Positions 45,292 through 54,426 of a stretch of DNA of 64,000 nt are shown here, piece by piece (the first letter of the stretch is position 1; every line of letters starts with the position of its first letter). The position numbers and the translations under genes were made by a program. The notes beneath the pieces were generated by a model that was given only the letters and a program-made list of their open reading frames with translations, did not search any database and had not been told where the DNA came from. The stretch is taken from sequence record MW845758.1; one strand, 5' to 3'.

Positions 45292-46833
45292 ATGGTATAT
45301 CAAGATTTCGCAGCGAAGAAAAATCAAGACGCAGTTAATAACATTGTCCACAACGCCCTAACCGACCTTAAGGGTAAGTACCACAGCATCCGCACTTTAA
45401 CTTGCGGCCTGCGGGATGTCATCGTAACGGAATGTAATAAACATTTCGAGGTATCTAGCACCACGGTATACATGACCCCGCCGGAGAGTTCTGTTAACTC
45501 GCAGTGGTATTTTACAATTGACACCGGAATGATGGGCTTTAACCCGTTTGAAGTTTCCGTGTCTGCTGAACGTATGCTTTGCGCTGTCTCCGTGGACAGG
45601 TATTTCTCCAACAGTTTAAAGCACGTTACTGACCGTATCACTGCCATCCTCGGTGAATGTAAAACTTCCTTGGGACCGACGGCAGGGGTGGGCAATTACG
45701 TTGCCGACGCGAACAATCGCTTGAAAATTGAACTTCAATGTACCGTGTACAGCTTCATTACCGAAAAGCTCGACTGGGTCGTGTATGCGGTCTCCGATGA
45801 CACTCGCGTAGAGCTGATCGGATCATGGGCGCTGCCGGATTTCGTACCGGAACTCTTTGAGCAGGTTAACTTAACGTTGGCTGAGCCTGAGTCGGTTCCG
45901 GAGAACTTGCCGCATCGGGTGAGTGCCCTGCTGAACCGCGTTGGTAGCATTATCGAGCAACCAACCCGCAGCGTGTCCGTGACAGCGCTTACGCGGGAAA
46001 ACCTGTTCCGTGCTATCAAAGCGTACATGCGATTGCTGCACAACAAAGAGAAAGTGACGTTCAACTACAATGTAACGTGGGAAACCGATTCAGAACTGAT
46101 GAATCCTAGCCTGCGTGCGTTGTTGCCGGCGGATGCACCGCGTCTTATCGAAACGATGGGACTGTTCGAAATGATTCGTGGTCGGGCATCACTGGAAACC
46201 TACACCACCCTTCTCAACGAACACAGCTCCTCTTCATTAGCCAGCCACATCTCGGTTACGGTATCCGGCGTGAGTGATAAAGTTGTTCAGTGGAGTTTCC
46301 CTATTGACAAACTTATCACGTATTCTGGTGCGGCGATACCGAACACTTCAGATGCGGCTCGTAACTTCTGGACAGTGCCCGAAGTTGGAAATGTGCGTGA
46401 GGAGCAAGTTGAAAAGCCTGATGTGGTTTACTCCCTGATCAATCAGGGTGTGCAGGCATTGTCGCATTTCAAAAAGCAACCTGAAACAGGCAACGATTTA
46501 AAGAAAGCGTTGCACACCATGTGGACAGAAGTGGGTCGCCATTACGGAACCCCGGGACAGCGTGTACCGTTACCTCGTCGTGCGATTACTGCGTTACTTG
46601 CAGACTTTGCAGAATGGATTGACACGTATGGTCGCGGGTATGTCACTAACGGTGATGACTACTCCGCTTCAACGTTCCGTTCGGAGTTCACGGTGGAATA
46701 CGTACTGCGTGAGTGGACGACTGGTCGCAGTGAGGCCCTGCTCTTTACTTGGTCTGACTTCGAACCTTACATCTCAGCGTGTCTGGATTGGCATCCAGCG
46801 GCTGATACCTTCTTTATCCCACGTCAGGGATAA
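45292..46833 (+). CDS. Hypothetical protein (513 aa)
   Basis: Start taken at MVYQDF (AGGT RBS); the longer ORF crosses a terminator and the promoter motif. Confidence 0.7.
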   Translation: MVYQDFAAKKNQDAVNNIVHNALTDLKGKYHSIRTLTCGLRDVIVTECNKHFEVSSTTVYMTPPESSVNSQWYFTIDTGMMGFNPFEVSVSAERMLCAVSVDRYFSNSLKHVTDRITAILGECKTSLGPTAGVGNYVADANNRLKIELQCTVYSFITEKLDWVVYAVSDDTRVELIGSWALPDFVPELFEQVNLTLAEPESVPENLPHRVSALLNRVGSIIEQPTRSVSVTALTRENLFRAIKAYMRLLHNKEKVTFNYNVTWETDSELMNPSLRALLPADAPRLIETMGLFEMIRGRASLETYTTLLNEHSSSSLASHISVTVSGVSDKVVQWSFPIDKLITYSGAAIPNTSDAARNFWTVPEVGNVREEQVEKPDVVYSLINQGVQALSHFKKQPETGNDLKKALHTMWTEVGRHYGTPGQRVPLPRRAITALLADFAEWIDTYGRGYVTNGDDYSASTFRSEFTVEYVLREWTTGRSEALLFTWSDFEPYISACLDWHPAADTFFIPRQG

Positions 46834-46841
46834 AAGTAACG

Positions 46842-46863
46842 GGGCACCTTCGGGTGCCCTTTA
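46842..46863 (+). terminator. Intrinsic terminator
   Basis: GGGCACC-TTCG-GGTGCCC then TTTAT. Confidence 0.75.
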
Positions 46864-46903
46864 TCGTTTAGGGGGCTAGCCCCCATTTTGGGAATAACAA
46901 GAA

Positions 46904-47266
46904 ATGCGTAAAGGTATACTTTTAGCTTTGCTTTTTGTTACTACAGCAGCGTTCTCCACCCCGGTTCTTCTACCGGCTAAATTCGACCCGTCGGAAGAGT
47001 CAATGCCTATTGACCCGGATGAAGCAGCGGTTGAACTCGCCAGCAAAGGTGAATGGGCAGTCTATCGATTAGCGTCGATGGTTGACCAATGCACTGGACT
47101 GGTGATTGCAAATCTCCGTACCAAAACCTTCCAGCGACTTCGTGACATCTCCTGTGACGACGGCGTAACCAATGCGAACATCTTGCCCACTAAACGGGCT
47201 GGGGTGTACGCGATTGACTTTTATAACGAGTCTGAACTTATCGGTCGCCTGACTGTTAAGCGTTAA
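46904..47266 (+). CDS. Secreted Cys-paired paralog 1
   Basis: Sec signal MRKGILLALLFVTTAAFS; one Cys pair (C-x20-C). Confidence 0.75.
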   Translation: MRKGILLALLFVTTAAFSTPVLLPAKFDPSEESMPIDPDEAAVELASKGEWAVYRLASMVDQCTGLVIANLRTKTFQRLRDISCDDGVTNANILPTKRAGVYAIDFYNESELIGRLTVKR

Positions 47267-47281
47267 AAAATAACGTGTACA

Positions 47282-47320
47282 CCTCATCCTTTATAGGGTG
47301 AGGACTCTTTTATTTATTTT
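47282..47320 (+). terminator. Intrinsic terminator
   Basis: CCTCATCCT-TTAT-AGGGTGAGG then CTCTTTTATTTATTTT. Confidence 0.7.
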
Positions 47321-47337
47321 CCTATAAGGAATACCAA

Positions 47338-47733
47338 ATGAAACGTTTCTTCTTCGCCCTAGCGCTTATGTTAAGCGCATTCGCCTCACAAGCACTGACA
47401 TTGGATTTACCTGATGTTGTAAAGGATGGGGATACACCGATTTCAACCGAACAGTTCTGGTGTAATAACGAGACTGTGAAAGAAGGCCTGTGTCAAGTCA
47501 TTCAGGTGGATGACGGCTTCAATTATATTCTCGTGCACCAAAACGGTACGGCCCAGTGTGCCGGTGGGTGGTGGAGTTATATCAATATCAACACTTCCAC
47601 CGGTTACACTATCGAAAGTCACACCAACACCTGCCAAGAAAATATCCACGCCAATCTCTTTCGCGTGAATGGTCAAATGGCGGTTGTTTTAATTGAAGGC
47701 ACAACGCCTGTCGAATCTGTTTATCTGAAGTAG
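47338..47733 (+). CDS. Secreted Cys-paired paralog 2
   Basis: Signal ending ASQA; C-x9-C plus a second Cys pair. Confidence 0.8.
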   Translation: MKRFFFALALMLSAFASQALTLDLPDVVKDGDTPISTEQFWCNNETVKEGLCQVIQVDDGFNYILVHQNGTAQCAGGWWSYININTSTGYTIESHTNTCQENIHANLFRVNGQMAVVLIEGTTPVESVYLK

Positions 47734-47752
47734 TTCCCTTAAGGAGAAATCA

Positions 47753-48154
47753 ATGAGTCGTTTAATGTTTGTAATTGTGATGTTAGTGGTTGCTGCTTAC
47801 AATGCAGCAGTGGTACGTGCTGAACAAACTACCATCGCGAACGTGTTACCTTTACCGTATAAGTTCCAGCCGAAAGGGTTTAATACCTGCGATTATAACC
47901 CGATGGCGAAAGACGCGTGTCATGAAACCGAGACTATGGAGCAGTTCACTATCCTGCATCAGCCGGGTGGTGAAACCTGCCCTGCTGGCTACTATTATCT
48001 GCTTGACGATAAAGCGAAAGTGGCGTCAGACCTGCCTACTGAAGAGTGCGACCCCTCAGTTGTACTCAATTTTGTGAAGAACCCCACGAATAATGAGGTC
48101 TTCATCGTCATGTCACTGCATGGAGAGCCGGTGTCGAAGTTCAATATACAATAA
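47753..48154 (+). CDS. Secreted Cys-paired paralog 3
   Basis: Signal ending VRA; C-x9-C plus a second Cys pair. Confidence 0.8.
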   Translation: MSRLMFVIVMLVVAAYNAAVVRAEQTTIANVLPLPYKFQPKGFNTCDYNPMAKDACHETETMEQFTILHQPGGETCPAGYYYLLDDKAKVASDLPTEECDPSVVLNFVKNPTNNEVFIVMSLHGEPVSKFNIQ

Positions 48155-48166
48155 AAGGTATCACGC

Positions 48167-48574
48167 ATGTTTAGATTGTTTGCTTTGCTAGGGATGTTCG
48201 TGGTGAGTTCAGTGTCCGCCGAATTTAATTGGGAAGATATTCCCCATTATCGTGTGAACAATGGATCGCCAATGAAACGCTGCACCGTCGAAGCTTACAA
48301 GGCTGGGAAATGTTTTGAGGTTGCCGAACAAGGCAACCTTATCATCCTTGCTTTTGAACTCGGCGATTGCAAACTAAAACGACCAGAGGATTACGGGTAT
48401 GTCTTGTTGAATACCCGTTCCCGTTTGGTCACTCCGCTGAACATCACAGGAGAGCACTGTGGTAAAATGCCTGTCCCCCGGTTCGGTGAGTCTACCGACG
48501 GGGAAGGCGAGACCCAGCCTGTGATTTCATTTTTTGCTAATAACCAACAGATTCAGACTTTCTTCTTGAACTGA
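48167..48574 (+). CDS. Secreted Cys-paired paralog 4
   Basis: Signal ending VSA; C-x9-C plus a second Cys pair. Confidence 0.8.
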   Translation: MFRLFALLGMFVVSSVSAEFNWEDIPHYRVNNGSPMKRCTVEAYKAGKCFEVAEQGNLIILAFELGDCKLKRPEDYGYVLLNTRSRLVTPLNITGEHCGKMPVPRFGESTDGEGETQPVISFFANNQQIQTFFLN

Positions 48575-48584
48575 GGGTAATGTC

Positions 48585-48965
48585 ATGACCCAGAGTGAAC
48601 TGGTTGCGTACGCTGAGCAGTTTCGTACCGATAACGACGATAACAGTCGATTCTTCTTTCCCGCCCATGAGGGCTATTGGGAAGAGCGCACACTACACCC
48701 GTCGGATTTTTCTGACCTGTGGCAAACTTCGGCAGAGGCGAAAGAGTATCTGGAAGCCGAAATCCGCATGCGAGTGAAAGACGAACTGCCCCACGCTGAC
48801 TTCGTGGATATGTTACGGCACGGCGTCAAAGAGCGCGTAGTCGTAACTTGCATCAACGGACAATACCGACTCTGGGACGGGCACCATCGAGTGGCTACGG
48901 CCATTATCCGTAACGAACCTATTCCGGCTGTTGTTGGCTGGCGTCATCTATCCGAAGCCATTTGA
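48585..48965 (+). CDS. ParB/sulfiredoxin-like N-terminal domain protein
   Basis: YRLWDGHHRVATA..IPAVV. Confidence 0.75.
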   Translation: MTQSELVAYAEQFRTDNDDNSRFFFPAHEGYWEERTLHPSDFSDLWQTSAEAKEYLEAEIRMRVKDELPHADFVDMLRHGVKERVVVTCINGQYRLWDGHHRVATAIIRNEPIPAVVGWRHLSEAI

Positions 48966-48977
48966 GATAGATATTAC
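48966..48977 (+). promoter_or_regulatory. Candidate early promoter motif GATAGATATTAC
   Basis: Contains TATTAC, the early-promoter core reported for phiKZ. Confidence 0.55.
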
Positions 48978-49107
48978 CTTAGTGAGAGAACACATTACTC
49001 TCTCACATTGGTAGTCTGTTGGCCCTGTAGTTTAACCCCCAGAGTATTATTAGGCTACAGGGCCCTTTTTAACTCATCGACCATTGCACCACCCTAAGGA
49101 GTACATT

Positions 49108-49617
49108 ATGTTACAAGTTAAAAGCATTCATGACCACGCCAAATATTTCCTGTCTCTGATGACGGCGTACAACGTCGACGGAGACGCCCTGCGCAGTATG
49201 GTATCGACGACCACCAAAGTCATCGAACTGGAGCAGGCGATTCAGCACGGAGCTGACAACGGGATGATTGGCCACCTCGCAAGCCAGATTAGCCAGACTT
49301 GGTTTAATCATGCGTTTCGTCATCCGTTGTTCAACAAACACACGGCGAGCTTCTTCTACGTGAAACGCCAGCTCAATGCACTCGATATCGAGATGCAAGA
49401 CACGCCGCGTAACTTCCCACACGACACCACCACGCAGTACATGGTCATCGCTGACCCAACAGCCAGTGCTGTTGAGATTCTGGATTTAGAATCCGGTGAG
49501 CGCTTGCCTGCGGTTGCGTCGTTTACTACGAACGGTGCGCTGTCTGCCGGTAAGGCCACCATTAACCACAGAGAGGAGCGCGTCTGGAATAGTTCTCCAG
49601 ATGCTCGCTTCCTCTAA
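49108..49617 (+). CDS. Hypothetical protein
   Basis: Start MLQVKS after AAGGAG. Confidence 0.75.
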   Translation: MLQVKSIHDHAKYFLSLMTAYNVDGDALRSMVSTTTKVIELEQAIQHGADNGMIGHLASQISQTWFNHAFRHPLFNKHTASFFYVKRQLNALDIEMQDTPRNFPHDTTTQYMVIADPTASAVEILDLESGERLPAVASFTTNGALSAGKATINHREERVWNSSPDARFL

Positions 49618-49621
49618 CAGC

Positions 49622-49647
49622 GGCCCCAGTCGGGGCCCTTTCTTTTT
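49622..49647 (+). terminator. Intrinsic terminator
   Basis: GGCCCC-AGTC-GGGGCC then CTTTCTTTTT. Confidence 0.75.
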
Positions 49648-49665
49648 GTCTTGATAGGAAAAATC

Positions 49666-50208
49666 ATGACTGATACTAAACTGATTGCCGCACTGGAAAC
49701 CCTGACCACCCTCAAAGCCAACAGCTACATGAAAGTGCGCGTTGAATTATCAGAAGACGAGTACAAAGCTATCGTGGCTAACGAGTTCATCAAAGCATAT
49801 TTGGTGAAAAACTTCCCCGAACAGGTGAAAGCACTGGACACGTGGGTAGCTACGGCAGCAGAAGACCGTGACAACACCCAGAAGCCATTCTGGCCGCGTG
49901 AAATGCAAGGGCGTATGCCACAGCGGGTTGTGTGGTTCTACAAAGACGGTGAGCGTCTGAAGGCTCAAATCTTCGATGCGGGTGTTGACCCTATCGACAT
50001 CGCCGACATCAGCGAATGTCAGGCAGTGACCTTTGAAGGTGCACTGTTCCCGTACAACAATCCATCAACCGGGTATTTGAAGCCGGTGTTCGTGGATGGC
50101 TATGTGCCACCGTATCGTCACGAGCTGGCGGTCTGGCAAACTGAACAGGGTCTGAACGTGATGCGTTCAACCGAAGGCGAAGCATGGGGTAAACTCCTGC
50201 AAAGCTAA
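49666..50208 (+). CDS. Hypothetical protein
   Basis: Start MTDTKL after AGGA; biased codon usage. Confidence 0.75.
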   Translation: MTDTKLIAALETLTTLKANSYMKVRVELSEDEYKAIVANEFIKAYLVKNFPEQVKALDTWVATAAEDRDNTQKPFWPREMQGRMPQRVVWFYKDGERLKAQIFDAGVDPIDIADISECQAVTFEGALFPYNNPSTGYLKPVFVDGYVPPYRHELAVWQTEQGLNVMRSTEGEAWGKLLQS

Positions 50209-50213
50209 CAAAA

Positions 50214-50252
50214 CACGGGAGTCCTTCGGGATTCCCGTGGTACTAATTTTTT
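50214..50252 (+). terminator. Intrinsic terminator
   Basis: CACGGGAGTCC-TTCG-GGATTCCCGTG, then a T-run. Confidence 0.75.
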
Positions 50253-50308
50253 TACAGTTGGGTCTCTGGATATGGAAGAGATTTGTTTCATTTTTGGAAA
50301 CCTAACGA

Positions 50309-52822
50309 ATGTTAAAAGTCGAGCGTATTATTCTCAAAGGCGTTACCGGGATGGGCTTACATGAAATCGCCAAGTTCGACTTCACCATCACAACGCCGGT
50401 CACAATCATTCTAGGAGGGAACGGTTGTGGCAAAACCACGTTACTGTCCTTATACCTCCCCTTGTGTCCCGCCAAAACAGATTTGTCCGATGGTGGAGAG
50501 TACACCAACTACTCCACGGTCGGTATCCAGCGCTTTAAATTCCATGTCCGCCGTAAAGGCAGCTCCCTTATCTGCTGTATCGATAACCTGACCACCGGTG
50601 AAAACGTGGTGCAGGACGTCAACTCGAAAGTGTATAACACACACGTCGAATCGTTGACCGGTCTCACGAAAGAGATCAAAGAGCTTCTCAACGGGGAAAC
50701 CCGACTGAGTCGTGCGAATACGCCGTTGCGTAAAGCGTGGTTCAGTAAGATGTCCACGTCAGACCTGTCGTACGCTCTGGGCTTCTACACACGGTTGCGT
50801 AAGCACTACAACGCACTGGGTAACCAAATCGATTACGTGGTCGGGAAGATTGCCGACTCGAAGAATCGCGTGGTAGAAGACACCGAAGCACGTGGACGTT
50901 TAGAAGTTCGCATGGAAGACATGCAAACGGAAATCTCCCAGCTTAATCGGGTACTGGAGAAGCGTCCCCCGACTGACCGTTCATTAACGGTTGCGAACAT
51001 CAACGAGCAGATGACCAAGATGAGTAAAATCATGGACATCATTCTCGCAGGTGATGCGGTGATTCCAACGCAGGAAATGATTGACGAAGAGAACCGTTTA
51101 CTGTTGCAAGGTCGTGAATGGGTCGCATCATCGGAAGCCACCCTTAAAACCTACAACCGTGAACTCTCTTTATTGTTAGACGAGCAGAACCGTCAGTCGT
51201 ATTTGATGCGTAACCACGGTGGGCTAGAAGAAACCATCAAACGTCTCGGCGATGAGGTGGTGGAACTTGACAAACGTTCGCACCTTTATGCTGACCTGTT
51301 CGACTCTAGCCGATTCGTGGCCGGCACGTTGGCAGAGTCTGAACGTCATGCCCGTGAGTTCACCAACACGTTAACCAGTCTTGTTGACCGCCTGCAAACC
51401 AGTCGTCGGTTAAAAGACATGGAAACGGAGCTGGAGTCTTACGATGTGAAGTGCTCGTACCAGAATGAAAAGATTCTGCGTTGTGAGAATGTCATTCGTA
51501 ACTTGCGGCACGACCTCAAGCATTACCACGACACCAGTGAAGTGGATTGCCCGCAGTGTCAGTTCCATTTCCGTCCGGGCGTTACTCGAAGCCTCGAAGC
51601 GTTAACGGGTGAGCACAACGAAAACGAACGTTACTTGCGTGAGCTGAAAGCCGATCAGGAGACGTTGTTACGTGAACGCAGTGAAGTGGAAGAGGAAGTG
51701 AAGTGTCTGCGAGAAATCCGCAGTATCGTCATGGCCTACTCCCGTGACCCGGTGTTGTCTATCCTCTTTAAGAAACTCCAAGAGGAAGAAGCGTTCATTA
51801 CTCACCGTTCAAAGTTTGGCAGTCTCGTTATGGTGTTCTTTGACGAAGTAAGCGAAGCCCAGCAGTATCAGCGCCTCGCCGAACAGTTGGAGAAGGCCCG
51901 TCGCGAGTGGCAAGAAGCGGCAATGACGGTTGGGAATGTGGATGCGGTTCTGCCTGAGAAAATCCGTCGTTTAGAGGAACGAATTCAGGAGACCACACAG
52001 ACGCTCTCAGAACACCGTACGTACGCGCAAGAGAAAAACCAGAGTGTGACTCGTCTGAGTGTGCTTAATACCTCTGTAGGGGCGTTCAAAGCGTTCTACG
52101 AGGACTTACAGCGCAGTTTGGTTATTTCTTCGAACACGGTGGCGATTGAACATCTTAATCAAATCCGTGAAGACAAACTGGATGCGTATGCAACTGCCCG
52201 TGACCGCTATCGTCAAATGACCAACGAGTTAGACCAGTTGGCTGTGATGGAAAAGGAACTGGCGGAGCTGCAAGAAGAGCGTCATCATGCGAAGATGATG
52301 ATAAACGCATGGTCGCCGGAATCGGGTGTGCTGCGTAAGTATTACTACAAAGCGATTGTCCGTATTACCGAGATGATGAACCACTACGTCGACTTGGTGT
52401 GGACTTACCCGATGCGTGTGCAACCTTGCGACATGACCGATGGCGAACTCGATTACTTGTTCCCGTTTACCTTAAAGGACAAGGTCGAACCGGCACCGGA
52501 TGTCAGTAAAGGTTCAAAAGCGCAATCCGCAATGTTTGATTTGGCGTATCGCCTGACCAGTTACAAAGGACTCAACTTACAGAAGTACCCTTTGTTATTG
52601 GATGAACCCTCTGAGGGGATGGATGAATCACACCGACACAGATTGGTGGAGTTCATTAAACACATCTCTTCGAGTGGCGAATTCTCTCAGGTGATTATCG
52701 TCTCGCACGATTCGGATGTACACTCCAAACTGAACGAAGCCGCGTACTGCGTCGTCGAACCAGAGGGGATTACGCTACCGGACGTGTACAATCAACATGT
52801 TCGAATTGAATACGCGGAATAA
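50309..52822 (+). CDS. sbcC: SbcC/Rad50-like SMC ATPase
   Basis: Walker A GGNGCGKTT, coiled coils, zinc hook CPQC, signature SKGSKAQ, Walker B LLLDEP, H-loop VSHD. Confidence 0.92.
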   Translation: MLKVERIILKGVTGMGLHEIAKFDFTITTPVTIILGGNGCGKTTLLSLYLPLCPAKTDLSDGGEYTNYSTVGIQRFKFHVRRKGSSLICCIDNLTTGENVVQDVNSKVYNTHVESLTGLTKEIKELLNGETRLSRANTPLRKAWFSKMSTSDLSYALGFYTRLRKHYNALGNQIDYVVGKIADSKNRVVEDTEARGRLEVRMEDMQTEISQLNRVLEKRPPTDRSLTVANINEQMTKMSKIMDIILAGDAVIPTQEMIDEENRLLLQGREWVASSEATLKTYNRELSLLLDEQNRQSYLMRNHGGLEETIKRLGDEVVELDKRSHLYADLFDSSRFVAGTLAESERHAREFTNTLTSLVDRLQTSRRLKDMETELESYDVKCSYQNEKILRCENVIRNLRHDLKHYHDTSEVDCPQCQFHFRPGVTRSLEALTGEHNENERYLRELKADQETLLRERSEVEEEVKCLREIRSIVMAYSRDPVLSILFKKLQEEEAFITHRSKFGSLVMVFFDEVSEAQQYQRLAEQLEKARREWQEAAMTVGNVDAVLPEKIRRLEERIQETTQTLSEHRTYAQEKNQSVTRLSVLNTSVGAFKAFYEDLQRSLVISSNTVAIEHLNQIREDKLDAYATARDRYRQMTNELDQLAVMEKELAELQEERHHAKMMINAWSPESGVLRKYYYKAIVRITEMMNHYVDLVWTYPMRVQPCDMTDGELDYLFPFTLKDKVEPAPDVSKGSKAQSAMFDLAYRLTSYKGLNLQKYPLLLDEPSEGMDESHRHRLVEFIKHISSSGEFSQVIIVSHDSDVHSKLNEAAYCVVEPEGITLPDVYNQHVRIEYAE

Positions 52823-52825
52823 GAC

Positions 52826-53005
52826 ATGCGCAAACTGCTCACAGCTTTTGGTTGGACTTTGGTAATGGTGTTTGCAATCGTGGCCATTTTGGTCTGTGCG
52901 CTCGCCTCGTTAATGTGGTATTTGGTACCCGTGGTTTGGGTCTTTCCCGGTCGCGTCATCGGCTGGACAGGTGCGGAGTCAAAACCATGCCTAAGAAAGC
53001 CCTAG
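52826..53005 (+). CDS. 59-aa membrane peptide
   Basis: Manual: MRKLLTAFGWTLVMVFAIVAILVCALASLMWYLVPVVWVFPGRVIGW...; ATG 3 nt after the sbcC stop. Confidence 0.55.
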   Translation: MRKLLTAFGWTLVMVFAIVAILVCALASLMWYLVPVVWVFPGRVIGWTGAESKPCLRKP

Positions 53006-53376
53006 CACTGGTACTGGATTCCACTATCCCGTTGTACCACATCGGACTGGCGGTCTCGGTGTGTCCGGAAGCCGCCCGGGCCTTCGATGCCCAGATGGAC
53101 ATCAGTGCGTCGTGTTCTGGGCAGGTGTTCGTGTTTGAGAAAGCAGGAACAGGCAGTGCGTACATCGGGGTTGTGTTTGAATCCATCGAAGCGATCGATG
53201 CGGAGCTAATCGCCCACGAAGCAGTCCATGCCGCTTGGCGTTGTCTGCAGTGGGTTGGCATTACCGTGGACGTCGATAACCAAGAGGCACTTGCGTACTT
53301 GGTCGGGTGGATAGCAAAAGAGATAACGACGTTTGTTAAACCTCATCAGAAGGCTGCAAGGAGAAATAAAAAGTGA
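52987..53376 (+). CDS. HExxH-motif protein (zincin-like)
   Basis: IAHEAVHAAW...QEALAYLVGW; start MPKKAL. Confidence 0.7.
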   Translation: MPKKALALVLDSTIPLYHIGLAVSVCPEAARAFDAQMDISASCSGQVFVFEKAGTGSAYIGVVFESIEAIDAELIAHEAVHAAWRCLQWVGITVDVDNQEALAYLVGWIAKEITTFVKPHQKAARRNKK

Positions 53377-53480
53377 TTACAGGTATTGTGTTGTCAGCGG
53401 TAGCACTAATTGTCATTAAAGGTGCGTGGAGTTATATTCTAAAAGAAGCAGACCGTAAAGGGGCTATCCGTGAAGGATGA
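53373..53480 (+). CDS. 35-aa single-TM peptide
   Basis: Manual: GTG start overlapping the upstream TGA, AAGGAG RBS; ITGIVLSAVALIVIKGAWSYILKEADRKGAIREG*. Confidence 0.5.
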   Translation: MITGIVLSAVALIVIKGAWSYILKEADRKGAIREG

Positions 53481-53610
53481 TCCGTGGTTTGCTGCGCTGA
53501 GCGCCGGTGAAATGATAGTCGGTGCGATTATGACGGTAGGGTTCTTAGTCGCCGTCTCTTTTGACCAGTGGAAACGGAGAAAGCGTCATGGAAGAGCTGA
53601 CCACTTTTAG
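53470..53610 (+). CDS. 46-aa single-TM peptide with basic tail
   Basis: Manual: (M)KDDPWFAALSAGEMIVGAIMTVGFLVAVSFDQWKRRKRHGRADHF*; start uncertain. Confidence 0.45.
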   Translation: MKDDPWFAALSAGEMIVGAIMTVGFLVAVSFDQWKRRKRHGRADHF

Positions 53611-53887
53611 AGCAATCGTTAATGGCGTGGTGTTTCTCGCCTTATTCGGTGAGGTGGCACTGTTAACGCTGGTACGGGATCGTTGTAACTGGGTTAACCC
53701 TTGTACAGCGGAACTGCGCCCGATTGTTTGGCTGGTTGTGATTAACGCAGTTGGTATCACACTCGGCATGGTCTACGCTTGTTTGAGCGTCATGGCACCC
53801 CTGACCCTTTTTGTCAGTACGTTGTTCATGGGCCGCACAATCTGGCGTTGGGAAAAGAATGTTGATGTAAGACGCGGGTCTTTCTAA
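53588..53887 (+). CDS. Small multi-TM membrane protein
   Basis: Start MEELTT after GGAG; three hydrophobic segments. Confidence 0.65.
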   Translation: MEELTTFRAIVNGVVFLALFGEVALLTLVRDRCNWVNPCTAELRPIVWLVVINAVGITLGMVYACLSVMAPLTLFVSTLFMGRTIWRWEKNVDVRRGSF

Positions 53888-53995
53888 ATGCTAAAAATAT
53901 TGGTGCGTTGTGTTAAGATGTTGGTCTACCTCGGTTGTGCTGGGGTGGCGACAGTGTGTGGTGCCGTCTTAGCGCTAACACAAGGCTGGTTTTAA
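53888..53995 (+). CDS. 35-aa hydrophobic Cys-containing peptide
   Basis: Manual: ATG directly after TAA; MLKILVRCVKMLVYLGCAGVATVCGAVLALTQGWF*. Confidence 0.45.
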   Translation: MLKILVRCVKMLVYLGCAGVATVCGAVLALTQGWF

Positions 53996-54011
53996 CTCAA
54001 GAGGATTTCGA

Positions 54012-54224
54012 ATGCAGACGACGTCGCTTGATGTCCCCATACGGGGCGAGATGATGATGGACGAAGCGATACCAGCAGGTATGTCAGTCCGGATAACGTA
54101 TACGGTAGAACAGAACCCTAAACAACCACGAGAGTGTAGTGAGCGGATGCGCGGCAATGGACGAAGGCAACTCAAAACGACGCGTTCTGGGTTCACCTAC
54201 CCGGAGGTTCGCCGACGTGGCTGA
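54012..54224 (+). CDS. Hypothetical protein
   Basis: 70 aa; RBS GAGG. Confidence 0.6.
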   Translation: MQTTSLDVPIRGEMMMDEAIPAGMSVRITYTVEQNPKQPRECSERMRGNGRRQLKTTRSGFTYPEVRRRG

Positions 54225-54426
54225 TGATTCCGATAGCGAACGTCGCGTACTGGTTGTGGGGGTTGTGGGGTCTCTCGGTATGCACCGTGACCCGGCCTCC
54301 ACCTTTCCTTTTGCGAAAGAGGAAAAGTTGCTGGGTACTAAACAGCTTGCCAGACAAGAATTCGGTGAAGACTGGAAAGGGACACAGCGACGCCATCAGG
54401 CGAACCGCAAGTATCGGGGTCGATAG
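54217..54426 (+). CDS. Hypothetical protein
   Basis: GTG start after GGAGG (ADDSDSERR...). Confidence 0.55.
   Translation: MADDSDSERRVLVVGVVGSLGMHRDPASTFPFAKEEKLLGTKQLARQEFGEDWKGTQRRHQANRKYRGR

Noticed and set aside
48585-48965. ParABS partition system
   Set aside because: Only a lone ParB/Srx-like domain; no ParA, HTH domain or parS repeats were seen.
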